DNA of 64,000 nt, from the NCBI RefSeq assembly GCF_009834535.1, contig NC_045697.1, positions 108,316,001 through 108,380,000 of the forward strand, in the 5' to 3' direction. The notes below the pieces were generated by a model, which was given only the letters and a program-made list of their open reading frames with translations, did no database searches and was not told where the DNA came from. The position numbers and the translations under genes were made by a program. Origin of the DNA: Camelus ferus (taxonomy: Eukaryota). The number at the start of each line of letters is the position of its first letter. The first letter of the stretch is position 1. Shown here one piece after another: positions 37,761 through 50,235 of the stretch.

Positions 37761-39489
37761 GTCCTGGGGGCAGCTGAGTTCAGGGAGAAGTGCTGACCTT
37801 GGAGTCAGGAGCCTCTCAGGTGGAATGTCGCCCCTCGTTTTCCCTCCTGAATAACGAAGCCAGGGTGGATCAGCACAAGGACCTCCGCATCACCAATGTG
37901 CTATTCTCTTCATCTAAACCAAATCAGTAACTATGCAACTGGGCCTGAGAAAGGAAGGGGATGAGGAAGGGGAGACCAGGCAGCAAGCCAGAGGAGCCCA
38001 CCCTCGCGTCACCCTGCATGGGCCGGAGGACGCAGGAGAGGGACAGAAAAGTCAGAAGCTTTGGTAACTGAGGAAACACAATAAGAAATAAAACAGAAGG
38101 TTGGAGAGTTGAGGTGGCTTAGGAGCCAAGTCTCCCACATCAGTCCCTTCCAATCCACCTCCTTCATGCAACCAAGCCCAGGCAGACGGCCGGGATGAGA
38201 TAGAACAGAAGAGACAGTGATGAGGGTCTTTGCACAGGAAAAACCCACAGTGCTTGGAAACTAACCGGGCAAATTCTCTTTAAGTGATTGTGATTTGATA
38301 TATAGTCCTTCCAGAAGTACTTTTGTCTAGAAAGAAGACACCTAGATCAAGAGACAGAGGCAGAGAGGGGGAGAGAGAGAGAGGTCACAACAAAGAGTTA
38401 ATGGCTAACCCAGCAATCCTTTCCGAGTCCCAAGCGCTACTCCTTCACTAAATGAGTTGGTGCGCACATAATACTGAGAAACTTCTTCATAATTTCTCTC
38501 TTGCAGGGTCACAGTTAACGTCAACATCTTAACAGCTCAGAGGAGACCTGGGGTAAGGGAACCTGTTTCACCATGTTTAACTCAATATTTCCCAAATAAC
38601 TTCATCAGGAAAAACTTTCCCCTCTCCAAGTGAAAACTCTTCACATCCCAAGCTCTATACCTTGGGCTAAAGCAATGTATCTTTAATGATGAGATGTTAG
38701 GTACCTTCAAATAAACAAGGAAGATCATCTCCATCCTGGTACCTGCCCAGGTACGTACACACACTAACTGACCCAGGCAGAGCACGGGTCAGGGATGAGA
38801 GCATCAGACCTGAGGCAAAACAGCAGGTAACACGAGGGAGTTGCCAACTGTTCAGGCCGAAGGTAAAACTTGAAGTTCAAGAACAGCAGCTGGATATGGA
38901 GGACAGGAATGGTACCTAAGTCCTGAGACCAGGAGATAAATGTTGACAGTTTGCTCACAGTACAAGGTGGCTTTTATTGTGCCAGTCCCATGGGTGGCAT
39001 CCCTGGCCCTGGAGTGACTTAAAAACACCACCTTGTCTTGGAGACAGGTGCCTCCGAGGCAAGCCATAAAGCCAGCCCATGTGTAATGGCATGTTTGATT
39101 AGATGCCCAGCGTCACCAAGAGTAGTAATAAGGTCCTGAGCGATGACTGCTGTAACACTACTTTTCATAAGTAAAGGACAGTTGTATTGATTCCAACCAC
39201 ACAGAAAATTAAGCTCCCAGATACCAGAGGAGCTGTCTTTGTCACATGGGCCAGAGCCATGCTGTTTATTAGAATAGGAGACAGTCTTCCAGGATGAAAT
39301 GACCCTGGGTAGACCCATTTTCCCCATCAGCTTTGAATTCTCTAGCTGGCCAGATCAAATTGCATCCGATGTGGAATTTGGGCATCACAGAGCTGTCAGA
39401 ATGAGGAAACGAGTCATCATGTGTGCACACAGTCATCACAATCATGGGAAGAGCAGTGAAAGAGTTCCACGAATTTTCCGATAATTGGG

Positions 39490-39690
39490 ACTAACACTAA
39501 CTGAATGCTTACCCCGGTAACAAGTGCTGGGCTAAGCACTTTACCCACATTATCTCATTTAAGCCTCACGGCAGCCCCAGCAGCTCAGCAAGGCTGTCGC
39601 TCGCCCCAGGTCAGGGGAGCTTTCATGGCTGGCACCTGCCTTTAGCTCTGGCAGTTGATCTCCAGCGCACACGTTCAAACACTGCGTTCT
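39490..39690 (-). mobile_element. MIR fragment
   Basis: ctaacactaactgaatgcttac...gctaagcactttacccacattatctcatttaagcctcac. Confidence 0.7.
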
Positions 39691-41103
39691 TTCTGTCCCC
39701 TCATCTCATGGCGTCCACCGTGTCCCCCTTCCTCCTCACACAGCATCCTCTCCCCACAACACTAGCTCATCTCTTTTTGCTGACAGTGAAGCCCCTAACC
39801 CAGCACTGCCCAATGGGTCTAATCCCCAATGGGCTATAAATAGGCTGAGATTTGATCCCTCCCCCGATTATTCTGACAGATGGGAGGGTGGGACCTCGGG
39901 CTGTAGTCCTTGGTGCTGACTACTAAGTGGCCGTCTCCAGATGCCAAAACCAGCCTCCAAACTCTGCTCTGCGACGCTGGTGCCGGGGGCTGCAGATGTG
40001 TTACTCCTTTCCCACATGACTCGACGGAAGGGTCTAACCACAAGGAGTATGAGAAGGAGACTGGAAGGCGGGAGGAAGAAGAGGACTTGCTCCGATGACC
40101 TAGCATCGGCTCCTCACCTCCACCGCGGCGGTGGGCTCTGCCCTCCCAGAACGCATCTTCCTGCCTCTCAGAAGGACCAGCAGCAGCAGGGCAGCGCTCT
40201 GCTGATTCCCAGCGCCCTGGGCTCCCTCCTCCAAGCTCCTTGGCTGCCAGCAGCCCAGTCAGCATCCCCTCCTCTGAGGACCAGACCCAACACGCCCGGA
40301 CCCGCTTCCGAGCTCCAGGTCTTCTCTATCCTGCTCCAAAGTTAAGCTGTTGTGACACAGGAAGGTTTATATTCAGACGTCTTTAAATATTCAAAGCAAA
40401 GAGTCTTGGTTTGCAGCTCTGTGTTCAGCTTATCTTTTTCTATCAATCAATTACCTAGTATTGATCAAGCACCAGGAGGTGCCGGCCCCAGGAAGATAGG
40501 CACGTGCAGATGCCAGCGGAAGGTGGCCTCTGGATATGCGCTGACTTCCCTTTACAGCCCCACTGGGCTTTCCCTGACGCTCACTAGGCACTTCTCATAA
40601 TTTCCCATTGTTGTTGGGCTATTTTTATTCTTCCCGTATAAATCAAAATGTGACGCACTGTCCCACCGTTAAAACTCTTATTCTGGCAAAGCTATTATTA
40701 TTTATTTGATGTCTTCAAAAAGAATTTAATGGCCTCCCCCTCCCCCCAAATAAAATTTAGATGATCTCATCACCCATACCTTATGCTGAATGGACACAAA
40801 TAATGACATCAGCGCGTAGAGAATTTACAAACCAGCCATTTGGAGGGCCAGGTCAGCACGCTCTCAGGACCAGGACTCCGCTTAGAAGGGAGGCATTGAC
40901 ATGCTCTGAACACCAGGTGTGGCCCAGAATCGGCCGGTTCTGTTCCAGAAACCTTGGAGATTAGCATTCCAGATGGCTGGATTAGAACTGAGTCATTTAG
41001 GGCAAAATGCATCCTAAGTCATAATTATAACAGTAATAATAACAATGAAATGTTTAGTAATTCTTTTAGCTCCACTCAAATTTCTTCACTCACAGATACC
41101 CAC

Positions 41104-41581
41104 TGTTAGGGGCTGAATTGTGTCCCCCTAAAATTCATGTAAACTTTAGATGTTTCTATCAAAGAGAAGTTTGGGCATTTCCAACCCCAAGATATTTTAT
41201 GACTACTTAAAGATAATAGATGAATTTGCAACATGGCTAGGATTTGAAGCCCCAACACTCAGGACCTCAGAAGGTAACTGTATTTGGAATGGGTCTTTAA
41301 AGACAGTTACTGAGTTAAAATAGGGTCATTGGCCTGTGCCCTGTTCCAAAGTGATTGATGTCTTTACAAGAAGAGGTGACTAGGACAGAGAGACGTCACA
41401 GGAACTCTCCCTGAGAGAGGCCATCCGCGAGCCAAGAAGAGAGGTCTTAAGAAAAAGCAGCCACGCCTGTGCCTTGATCTCTGTGCTCTCACCTGCACAG
41501 AACTATGAGAAAGTAAAGCTCTGTTCTTTAAGCCACTCAGTCTGTGGTCCTTTGTCACGGCAACCCTAGCAGACTGATACA
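41104..41581 (+). mobile_element. MaLR solo LTR (MLT1A/B-like) containing a ~105-bp foreign insert
   Basis: tgttaggggctgaattgtgtccccc...aaattcatgt [insert] gaagccccaac...acctcagaaggtaactgtatttgga...tttaagccactcagtctgtggt...gcaaccctagcagactgataca. Confidence 0.88.
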
Positions 41582-42094
41582 CTCGTGAACTTTAAAGAAA
41601 CACAACTCCCTGAGACAAAAGAGGGTTTACTCAGCTACAGATATCGTCTCTGTTTTTCAGTTGGTAAAGGTGAGGCAGGAAAAGAATGGCGGACTTTGCC
41701 TGGGTCTCTGGATTCACCCGTGGACAGATGGAATTTAGCCCAAGCCTTTCTCATCTGCTGGCCACAGCTCTGTTCTTCAGCCCGAGTGATAAAAAAAAAA
41801 CAGTATTAAGCAGATATTTTCAAAAAGCAATCAACTCCAGATTGTCCATTATTAATGTGGAATATAGCCTACACTGAAAATTAAAATACACATATATTTC
41901 AAAACCCAATATTAGCCATTAATGTCAGCTCACTCAAACTCTTCAGACTTCATCAACCCCCGCTGTTTTCCTTTGAGGAAAATCCTAGCTGTGTTATGAA
42001 TTCATCTATTATCTTTAACTATTCATAAAATATCTTGGGGTTGGAAAATTCCAAACTTCTCTTTGATAGAAACATTCTAAAGTGTATATGCATT
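41132..42094. repeat. Long inverted repeat, arms 41132-41245 and 41980-42094
   Basis: By hand alignment the arms are reverse complements, with about 10 mismatches and 1 gap over the ~103-nt core. Confidence 0.92.
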
Positions 42095-42524
42095 CTTGTG
42101 GGAGAAATGGAACTTCTATCTCCTTGGCTTATTTTTAAATTGCAAATGTTAAATTAACATTTTGTGAGATGATCTGACATGCAAAGTGGCTGGTGTTGTC
42201 TTTCCTAATCCTCTGTTTTGAAGAGAAGACGATGTATTTTCTCAGGTAAACCAACTAGAACCCACTAAACGTTTCCTTACAACCGTAGTGCAAGAAAGGG
42301 TCTCCCACATCATCTAGTCCAATAGTTTATTTTTATCCATTTTTTTAGCAGCAGACCTCTTTTTTTCAAAAACAACCTTTTTTGTGGAAGTGTGATGTAT
42401 AAAAAGAGAATAGCTGAGCATCTTTGGTTGAAGTGGACTTGGCAGACCTTGACCCTTGCCCTCCCAGCCTCCTTCTTGCCCCTTGATTTTCCTTGTCTCC
42501 GAGGAAAATAGTACGAAAACCACA

Positions 42525-42660
42525 GACCTATTCCAATCCTTTCATTTTACAGATGTGGAAACTGAGGCCCAGATGGAAAGCATGGCCCAGGCTGAGACTT
42601 TGATAAGGACACAGCCAGAGCAGGATCCCATGTGTGCTGATTCCTGGTCCGTGATCTTTG
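42525..42660 (-). mobile_element. MIR fragment
   Basis: cattttacagatgtggaaactgaggcccaga...gcccagg. Confidence 0.8.
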
Positions 42661-42905
42661 CCTGCATCGCATGGCATTGGTCATACTGATTTTGTTTTGC
42701 TGGGTTCCAGGATATCTTCAGTGCTTCCACCAGATACAGTTCTCACTGCCAGGAACACACCTGTGTGGTGAGACATAGATGTCTGCGTCAGTTCATTAAG
42801 CAAGTCTCTTAAGCGCCCAGAATTCGCAGGCAGATGTCCAGACATCAGGTCCCAAACCCTTAGGTTAAGGTTCTTTGCTTGGTGACATACTCCTCTGCTG
42901 TAACT

Positions 42906-43100
42906 CAGTGTTTCTCCAACTTAATTGTGCCTTTAGAAGAAGCTGGGGTGGCCGGGGCAGCGGCAGGGAGTGGGTGTTAAAAAGTACAGACGGCAGAAAT
43001 TCTGACTCAGCCGGTTCAGGGTATCACCTCAGGATCTGTATTTTAACAGGGATCCCAGGTGGCGCTGATGAAGTCAACCCCAGTCCACACTTTAAGATAC
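42906..43100. mobile_element. MER5A-like DNA transposon
   Basis: cagtgtttctccaactt...cagaaattctgactcag...atctgtattttaacagggatcccaggtg...ccacacttt. Confidence 0.75.
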
Positions 43101-45596
43101 GTGTACTTGGTTGTTCTTTGGCTTTCTGGCCTTCACCGGGTAACTAAAGTTTTCCCAAATTTCAGAAACCACAACATTTTCAACACGTTTTTCAATCTGA
43201 CAAGAGCCTTATCCTCCCTCCCCGGATCCAGAGCATCGAACCCCAGGAGGTGTCTGGCTTCCAGTATGGCGATGTGGTGAATTTCACAGCAACTGGACGG
43301 CAGCTCAGGTGGTCACACTGGGAGAAGCAACGGGAGCAGAGGTAAGGAACAAAGCTCTGTTTTCATGCAAATGGATTCCATAGAAAATTAAACAAGCTAT
43401 AAAGGCATACAAAAATGTATTGTGTATAACAGCAACAACAAAAAAGTCGTCTCTGAAGGGATGGCTCATCTAAATTTAAAAGTAGCATTAGCTTTCCAAG
43501 GTCCTGGGCTCCAATAGTATGGGGGTCAATCCAAGGGGCTGAGAAGCCAGGCAGAGGTTAAGAATTCAGGGTAAAGATCAGCCCCCGCACTGAGAAATCC
43601 TTGTGCTGAGCTGTGCCAAAGCCAGATGTTTTCACTGGTAATTATTATCATGATAATTCACTTAACTAGGAATAAAATAGGGCATGATTGTTTACTTCTG
43701 CCTGTTTCCCCAGACATGCAGAGAAATGAGGAGAAAAATCTCAGAGGTTTCACTCTTGGCTAAATGAAATAATTTTCTCAATTAACCAGGAATAAACATA
43801 GCAACAAAATAACTTGCCTTTACATTATACAATAGTTGTAAATAGACTTCTTACACCTCCTTGCATGGGGAAGTCAAGGTGGAGACAGACTGCCAAGGAA
43901 TTAAAAACATCTTGAGTTTGGTTTCCATCTGAAAAGACACAGTCCTTAGAAACCTACTCACGTTGTCAGCCTTGGCATGAGACTTCCAAAAGCTATTCTT
44001 GGTTTCTCTCCTCTGTGCTGAGCCCAATCCAAGGCCAAGAGATTGCAGGTTGAATTGTGGTGAGATAAAAGATGCTTTTGAGCGCTTAGAGGGGAAGCTT
44101 GCAGAGAAACAGGGGAGAGCAGAGTGCATATCTGAGAGGAGGTAGACAGTTCGGCTGGGTTTTTAGGAGAATCCATAATATAAACTAGGAATTGATGGTG
44201 GTCCGTGAACATTCTCACAATCGTGGCATGAGAATGAGCATGTCCTCAGTAAGGGAGTTACTTGACTGTCACTGCGTCAGGCCTCTGTGGTCCAGGGTGG
44301 GGGCACAGCGGCATGTGACACCCTCACACACATCCCAGAGGCAACACTATTTGTAACCGTCACATTTACATGAAATCACCCAGAGAGTATAGAATATAAG
44401 CCACATTGTAAAGCATAAGCTACAACCATTTTTCTTCAGTAGCAGGGCAGAAACTAATTATTTTCCCCTTAAAAGGGATATTTTGAAAAAGAAACTATAA
44501 AAATTTTTGTCCAAATAAAACCTCTTTTAATCATGCTAAATTAAAACCCTTTCTCCCACCCCTTGAAGCTCTTTGATGTCTTGTCTCATTCTCTGCTCCC
44601 ACTGCCTCTCCTGTGGCCTTTCCCGGAATTTCTAGAAGAGGCTGCACCGGAGACATGAGCATCTCCAGTTTACAAGTGGCCATGCCCTTACATGTCAGGA
44701 TGTTCATGTTCAGGACCAAGGACAGTGGTCCACGTGCCGACGCTGCGGTGGCTCCTAGTCCCCTTCCTCTCCCCACCCCCAACATCTTAGTCACATCACG
44801 CGGGCCCCTGAGGGGAGGAATGTAGGCCACGTAGATTCGATTAGAAACCAAAATAGGGCTGAATTGCCATCTAAGAAAAGGTGATTCCTCCACCCAAGCT
44901 CCATTTTTATCAGTCCACAAGCACATTCAAGTTTGAGGATGGAACCTGCAAAATCCAAAAGCAGTGTTTATTCACTGCCTCCTCTGGTAAGTTTCCCCTG
45001 CTGGCTTACTTCTGAAGATGGTAGTTGCAGATTTGGGGGAGGTGGTGACTGAAAACCTTTGTTTGAGCCCCAGAGCCACAGTGGCTGCTGCGTGCTCCTT
45101 TGTCCTGATCTGCCCCTGGGCCAGCTCTGCCCTGCCACAGTGTGTCTCTGAGACCATCATGGCCTTTGTGAGAAGCTCCATCTAAGGCATATTGGCCCAA
45201 CAAACAACCCCACTGGCTAAATATGCATCTATCCATGTCTTGGAGTTAAAGGCTCGACTCTCAAGAAGCCATAAGTGGTGAGAAACATGCTTCTTTTTGC
45301 ACTTTCTGGAGTAAGGTCAGAACACGTGCATCTTCTGGAATAACGTGCTTTTGCAAAATAGAACAGAAGGTGCCGAGGATACAACTGCCCTACAATTCTG
45401 TTAAATGCCTTTATTTATAGAGATGAAAGTTTGGGAGCAGGATTAACTGCTGCCAATATGAAGAAAGTAGAAATGAATTAAAAATGAACATTTTAGCATG
45501 CTATCAAAGGGCTGGGGCTCCTTTGAAGGTGCCCTTTGCAAACAGAAAGAGGTTACAGCCTGGAGGAATTATTCTTCTCCTGATTTGGTTACAGAG

Positions 45597-45630
<34 letters not shown>
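45597..45630. repeat. Compound (TC)n(AC)n microsatellite
   Basis: tctctctctctctctctcacacacacacacacac. Confidence 0.95.
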
Positions 45631-48365
45631 CTCCCATATACCTCAGTATACTTAGAATACTGAGGTCAGAGGAGAAAGATTAAAAGGTGGCAGACCCCAT
45701 CTAACCTCAGCTCACTACATTCCTTTTCTCTATTTCAAGGGTGAAATGAAAGGTGAGGGAGTTCAAGTGAGTTCTAGAACCTACATCAAACCTAACAAGG
45801 CATCAGGTGCCAAGGGTCATTTCCAGGTCTTGACAGGGTCAGACAAAGCCAACGGCAAATGGTCACTACCCAGCAGCTTGCTGGGGAGAGAGACTCACTT
45901 GGAGGGGCTAAGGGAAGGGGGAGGTAGTCATGGCAGCCCGGGGAACTACGCCGGCTGGCTGGGCACACACAGCCTTCCTTCCACCTGAACCCGTCCACAG
46001 TGACCATTGCTCCTTGGAAATCCTCCCAGTGAAGAATAGAGCATTTATTCTGCATTGCCCCTTTATAATGCACCCTCGCTACCCAGGTTACAATGATGAA
46101 ACAAGCATGGAGATAAATAGGAAAGGGAACATCTGCATGCCAGGATCTTTTTATTATTATTTTAATAAAGAAGATATTCATTTGAATAACAAAGATAAAA
46201 CATTTTTTACAAACAAAGCTCACATTGTATGGCTATTTTAATCATTGGTGATAAAAATTGACCCATTATTTGGTGTCACCACAAAAATTCTCCTCTGTAA
46301 CACCGAATTGCTCTTAAACTCACTTCTCTGTATTCCCAGGCAACTTTATTCACTGCCCCCTTGGGTCTACTCTATTGGATAATTTGGTCTTTTGGGTTGA
46401 GAAACAGTCAATTTCACTTTCCTCCCAAATGGAACACATCCCTCACACTTTTCTTATCCCTGGCCCCCAACTCTTTCACAAATCTCACATCTCTCTGTCC
46501 CACTTTGGTTCTCCCTGCAAAGAAAAACTAGCTAAACAAGACATTACACAGCCTACTTGGGGGACGTGGTCTGTTTTTTGCTTTTTCCAAGACTTATTAA
46601 CTTGGGCAGGACCTTAGGAAAAGGGAGAAGGGAGTGAGGCCAGGACTGAGGATGCTCTGAGCTGCGGTGGGTCTAGAAAGGGACCTGGCACTCAGTTTGT
46701 TTAAATGTTTGCTATTTCCACCTCTCAGAGGGTCTGTGTGCTCTGGCCAATTCACCCAAGCTGAACAGAGTTTTAGCAATACAACGCTTGCACCTAGGGT
46801 ATCTTTCGCATGATAAGCAATCTTGCTATCAATTCCCCCAAGTACCTGGTGCATAGCTTTAGTTGGCTTTCAAAATTGTCGTGAGAAACTGTGGTCTTCT
46901 GGAAATGCTTATGTAGGTCTCCTGGCCTAATGGGTCTTAGTTACTCACATAGAGGAGACCAATTTCCTCCCCTAGTAATGTCTCTCCAGCTCATTCCTTA
47001 AGAACTCATCTCCTAGGGATGGGCTGAATCAAAGCCCAATCATGGTTATGTTCCTTTCCAAGAGAAGAGGTCCCCCTGGGTCTCTGAGGCACAACAAGCA
47101 GGTGTAGTTTACAGAGGAGAGGCTCAGTTTCAGCTGGCTGGTTATTTTTGTCTCAGAGATACAAAGCTGTTTTCACCTCCCAGAAGTGTTTTAAATATGT
47201 ATTTATGTATACATGTATGTGTCCCAATCTGACCACTCACAAAAGCCATTTCCCTAAAGCCCCCAAATTCCCACGTGTGCCTTCTCCTCTGCCCTTAGAG
47301 GCCTTCTCTCCACCACGGGCCAGCTCCCTTCACGTGGAGTTGGTGATACATTGTCATCTGGGAGAAATGACTTTCAGTGGGGCCAGCTAAGCCCACAGAG
47401 GCTCTCCATGGGGTGGAAGCTCCTCCCAGTCCAGAGGGAGTTATATAAAGACCTAAGGAAAATTTAAAATCCTGGATGGCAGCTGTGGGGGCTGAAATGA
47501 ACCAGCCGATGACCCAGCGCCTCTCTGACGGTGAGGGTTAATTTATCACATGGAATCCAATCACTTCTTATAAACCCAGCGCAGGTTTCATTTAGTTTGA
47601 TGAGGTATATTGCAAGATTTCAGAAAATCAATTTTACTGAGAGCCATATTAAGCCCCAGGGAATATAACAGTCCATGTACCTCACATAAGTTTCTGTTAT
47701 TACTCGGAGGATCGCTGGGGAAATTATATACTTAGCCAGGTGGAGGGGAATGGCTACCTTCATTGTCTTAGGCAGTTCCCACTCTGCTTACCTCTACGAA
47801 ATAACAAATAAAAATGGTCGGGCTCCAAATTGGTACTTACCTAAGCTCTGCAGATGCATAAGAGTGAGCAAAAGCGACTTGATTTCCCACAGTTGCTGAC
47901 CCCTTACAATATAAAAACGATCAGGCATTATGGGGACTCCCCCATTCTGATGGCATCCTCTAACCTGAGTTCTCAGAGTGCTGTTTGCAAAGGATGCCAG
48001 TACAGGCTCAAAACTGCTTTCATCCAATCTGCCAGGTGAATATTTCCACAGAGGTATATTTCTTAGTATTTCCACTGTGGCTAGGGAACATGCCTCTCTC
48101 TACCCATCTGGTCTCTTGGAGGCTTTTGTTTGCAGAGCAATAAACCAAACTAGCTTTTTATGGGGCCCCCAACTTGAAGCTAGTGGCAGGGAGTGAACTC
48201 CCCAGCCAACGTCGGCAATAGCTTCTTTCTCCAAAGGCCATTCGAATTGACAGCCGAGGGCCGGGGAGTGTGTGTGTGGTCGGGGAGGAGCTGCCAGTCT
48301 GTGGTGCTGCAATCCTACTGGATCTCACAAACATCACAGCTGCTCTTATTTATCCCGGGTCTAGG

Positions 48366-48592
48366 ACTGTGTTGACCAACGTGACAGCAATTCTCCCTGC
48401 ATGGCTATTTACATTAGATTACTTAAAATTAAGTAAAATCAAAAATTCAGTTCTTCAATTGCACTCACCACATTTCGAATGCTTAACAGCCACAGTGATT
48501 AGTGGTGACTATATTGGATGCCATAGATATAGAATATTCTACAGGATATAAAGCATGTCCACCATTGCAGAAAGTTCCACTGGATGCTACCG
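48366..48592. mobile_element. MER33-type hAT-Charlie DNA transposon
   Basis: aaaattaagtaaaatcaaaaattcagttc...ccacatttcgaatgcttaacagccac...cattgcagaaagttccactgga. Confidence 0.85.
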
Positions 48593-48939
48593 GGTAGCCC
48601 TTCAGCTCCTGGGACTCGGTAGCTATTGCACGGACCTGAGAGTTTGGCTTAGGCTGAATTCATGGCCCATGTCCCCCAGGTGTGCTCCTTTTCAAGATCC
48701 TCTTTCACCAGCATAATTTGGGGCTGTACACAGCCTCTTTAGGGTCTTCAGGTCAGAGAAGCTCTCTTCCATCACAGCAGAACCTGCCCAGGAAAAACCT
48801 AGAATGAGGTTAGAAATTTAGAAATGAGGATGAAAAAGCTGTAAGCTGTAGGACAAAACTGATATTTAGGAATCTGGGAAGAAAAAACGGTTTTCATCCG
48901 CTGAATAGATGTCCTGTACCAAAAGCACAATTTCCTACT

Positions 48940-49255
48940 GGTATGAGAGGAATTATATGCCTCTTCAATTCGTATGTTGAAGTCCTAACCCCCAGTATCT
49001 CAAGAGGAGGCCATTAGGGTGAACTGTAATCCAATTTGACTGGTGTCCTCGTGAGAAGGTTAGAGGAGACCGCGGTGAAGACACGGACGGATGACGGCCG
49101 TCAACAAGCCAACGAGAGAAGCCTCAGAAGACGCCACCCGGCCAACACCTTGCTCTTGGGCTTCTGGCCTCCGCAACTGGACGAAAATACATTTCTGTTG
49201 TTCAAAACACTCAGTCTGTGTCACTCTGTTGCGGCAGCCCCAGCAAAAATTCACC
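48940..49255 (+). mobile_element. MaLR solo LTR (MLT1A/B-like), internally deleted
   Basis: aattcgtatgttgaagtcctaacccccagta...taatccaatttgactggtgtcct...ccaacaccttg...acatttctgttgtt. Confidence 0.85.
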
Positions 49256-50059
49256 TACCACGCATTCTTCACAGAGCCGACCAGAGGCCCGTGCCGCACA
49301 GCCCATCAGGATTCCTTCAGACCAAGCTGGAGCTCTTGTGAGGATATATGGCCCACCTTCAGCATCTCTACCTCAAGCATAACAAAGCTGCTGTTTGTGG
49401 AGGATTATGGTTCTGTGCCTTCGCCTGTAGGGAAATTCAGGCTTTGACGCTGCTCACAGAGCCAGGAGGGAACTGGAACTCAGAAAGTGACAGACAAATT
49501 ACCCAGGAGGAGGGGCAGGACGTTTCAGAAGAGTGTTTAAAAAAATCAAACTGCCTCCACTGATATGATGCTGGGACATACGTCACCGACTTCTCCAGGT
49601 CAGCTCTAAATTTGATCTGTGTGTTTATTTACACACAACCACAACACATAGATTCAGCAGCCGAATCACTCCTCTTCAAGGTGTTTAACAAAAATGAATT
49701 AATGCTATACGCAACCTACTGTACGTTCAGCATAACACGCAACAACCCCCCAGGATGTGATGCAAACTTTAAAACCAAGTGAAGTTCCGATGCTAATACC
49801 TTTTGTTTGATAGGATCCCTGGAGGACAAGCTCAATGGTCAACGACTGGATGGAGACTGGAATATCTAGTTAAGAGAAGGGCTTAACAGTATCCAACTCA
49901 TTGTCTGTGCATCTGAGCTTTTATCTGTAATAGAAATTGTAATCTTGATTTTTTTCCCTATTTTTTCCACAGCATTGCAGTATTGAATAAAGAAAACCAA
50001 ACTTCCTGCCATATTGAGCAAAAAAAAAAAAAATCATAAAAGTAAGTTTGAAGCAAAAC

Positions 50060-50235
50060 ATTTCTATGATAGTGTAGAATTACAAAATGCTTTTATAGTT
50101 GAATTTTTCACTGGGTGCCTGGCACACTTTTTAAGGTCAGGTTATGACTTTGATTTTACAGAGAAGGCAACGAAGCATCAGAAAGGTTAGGTGACCCTCC
50201 AAAACTTTCACAGATAGTTCAATAAGGAGCCAAGG
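50060..50235 (-). mobile_element. MIR fragment
   Basis: attttacagagaaggcaacgaagcatcagaaaggttaggtgac. Confidence 0.6.
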
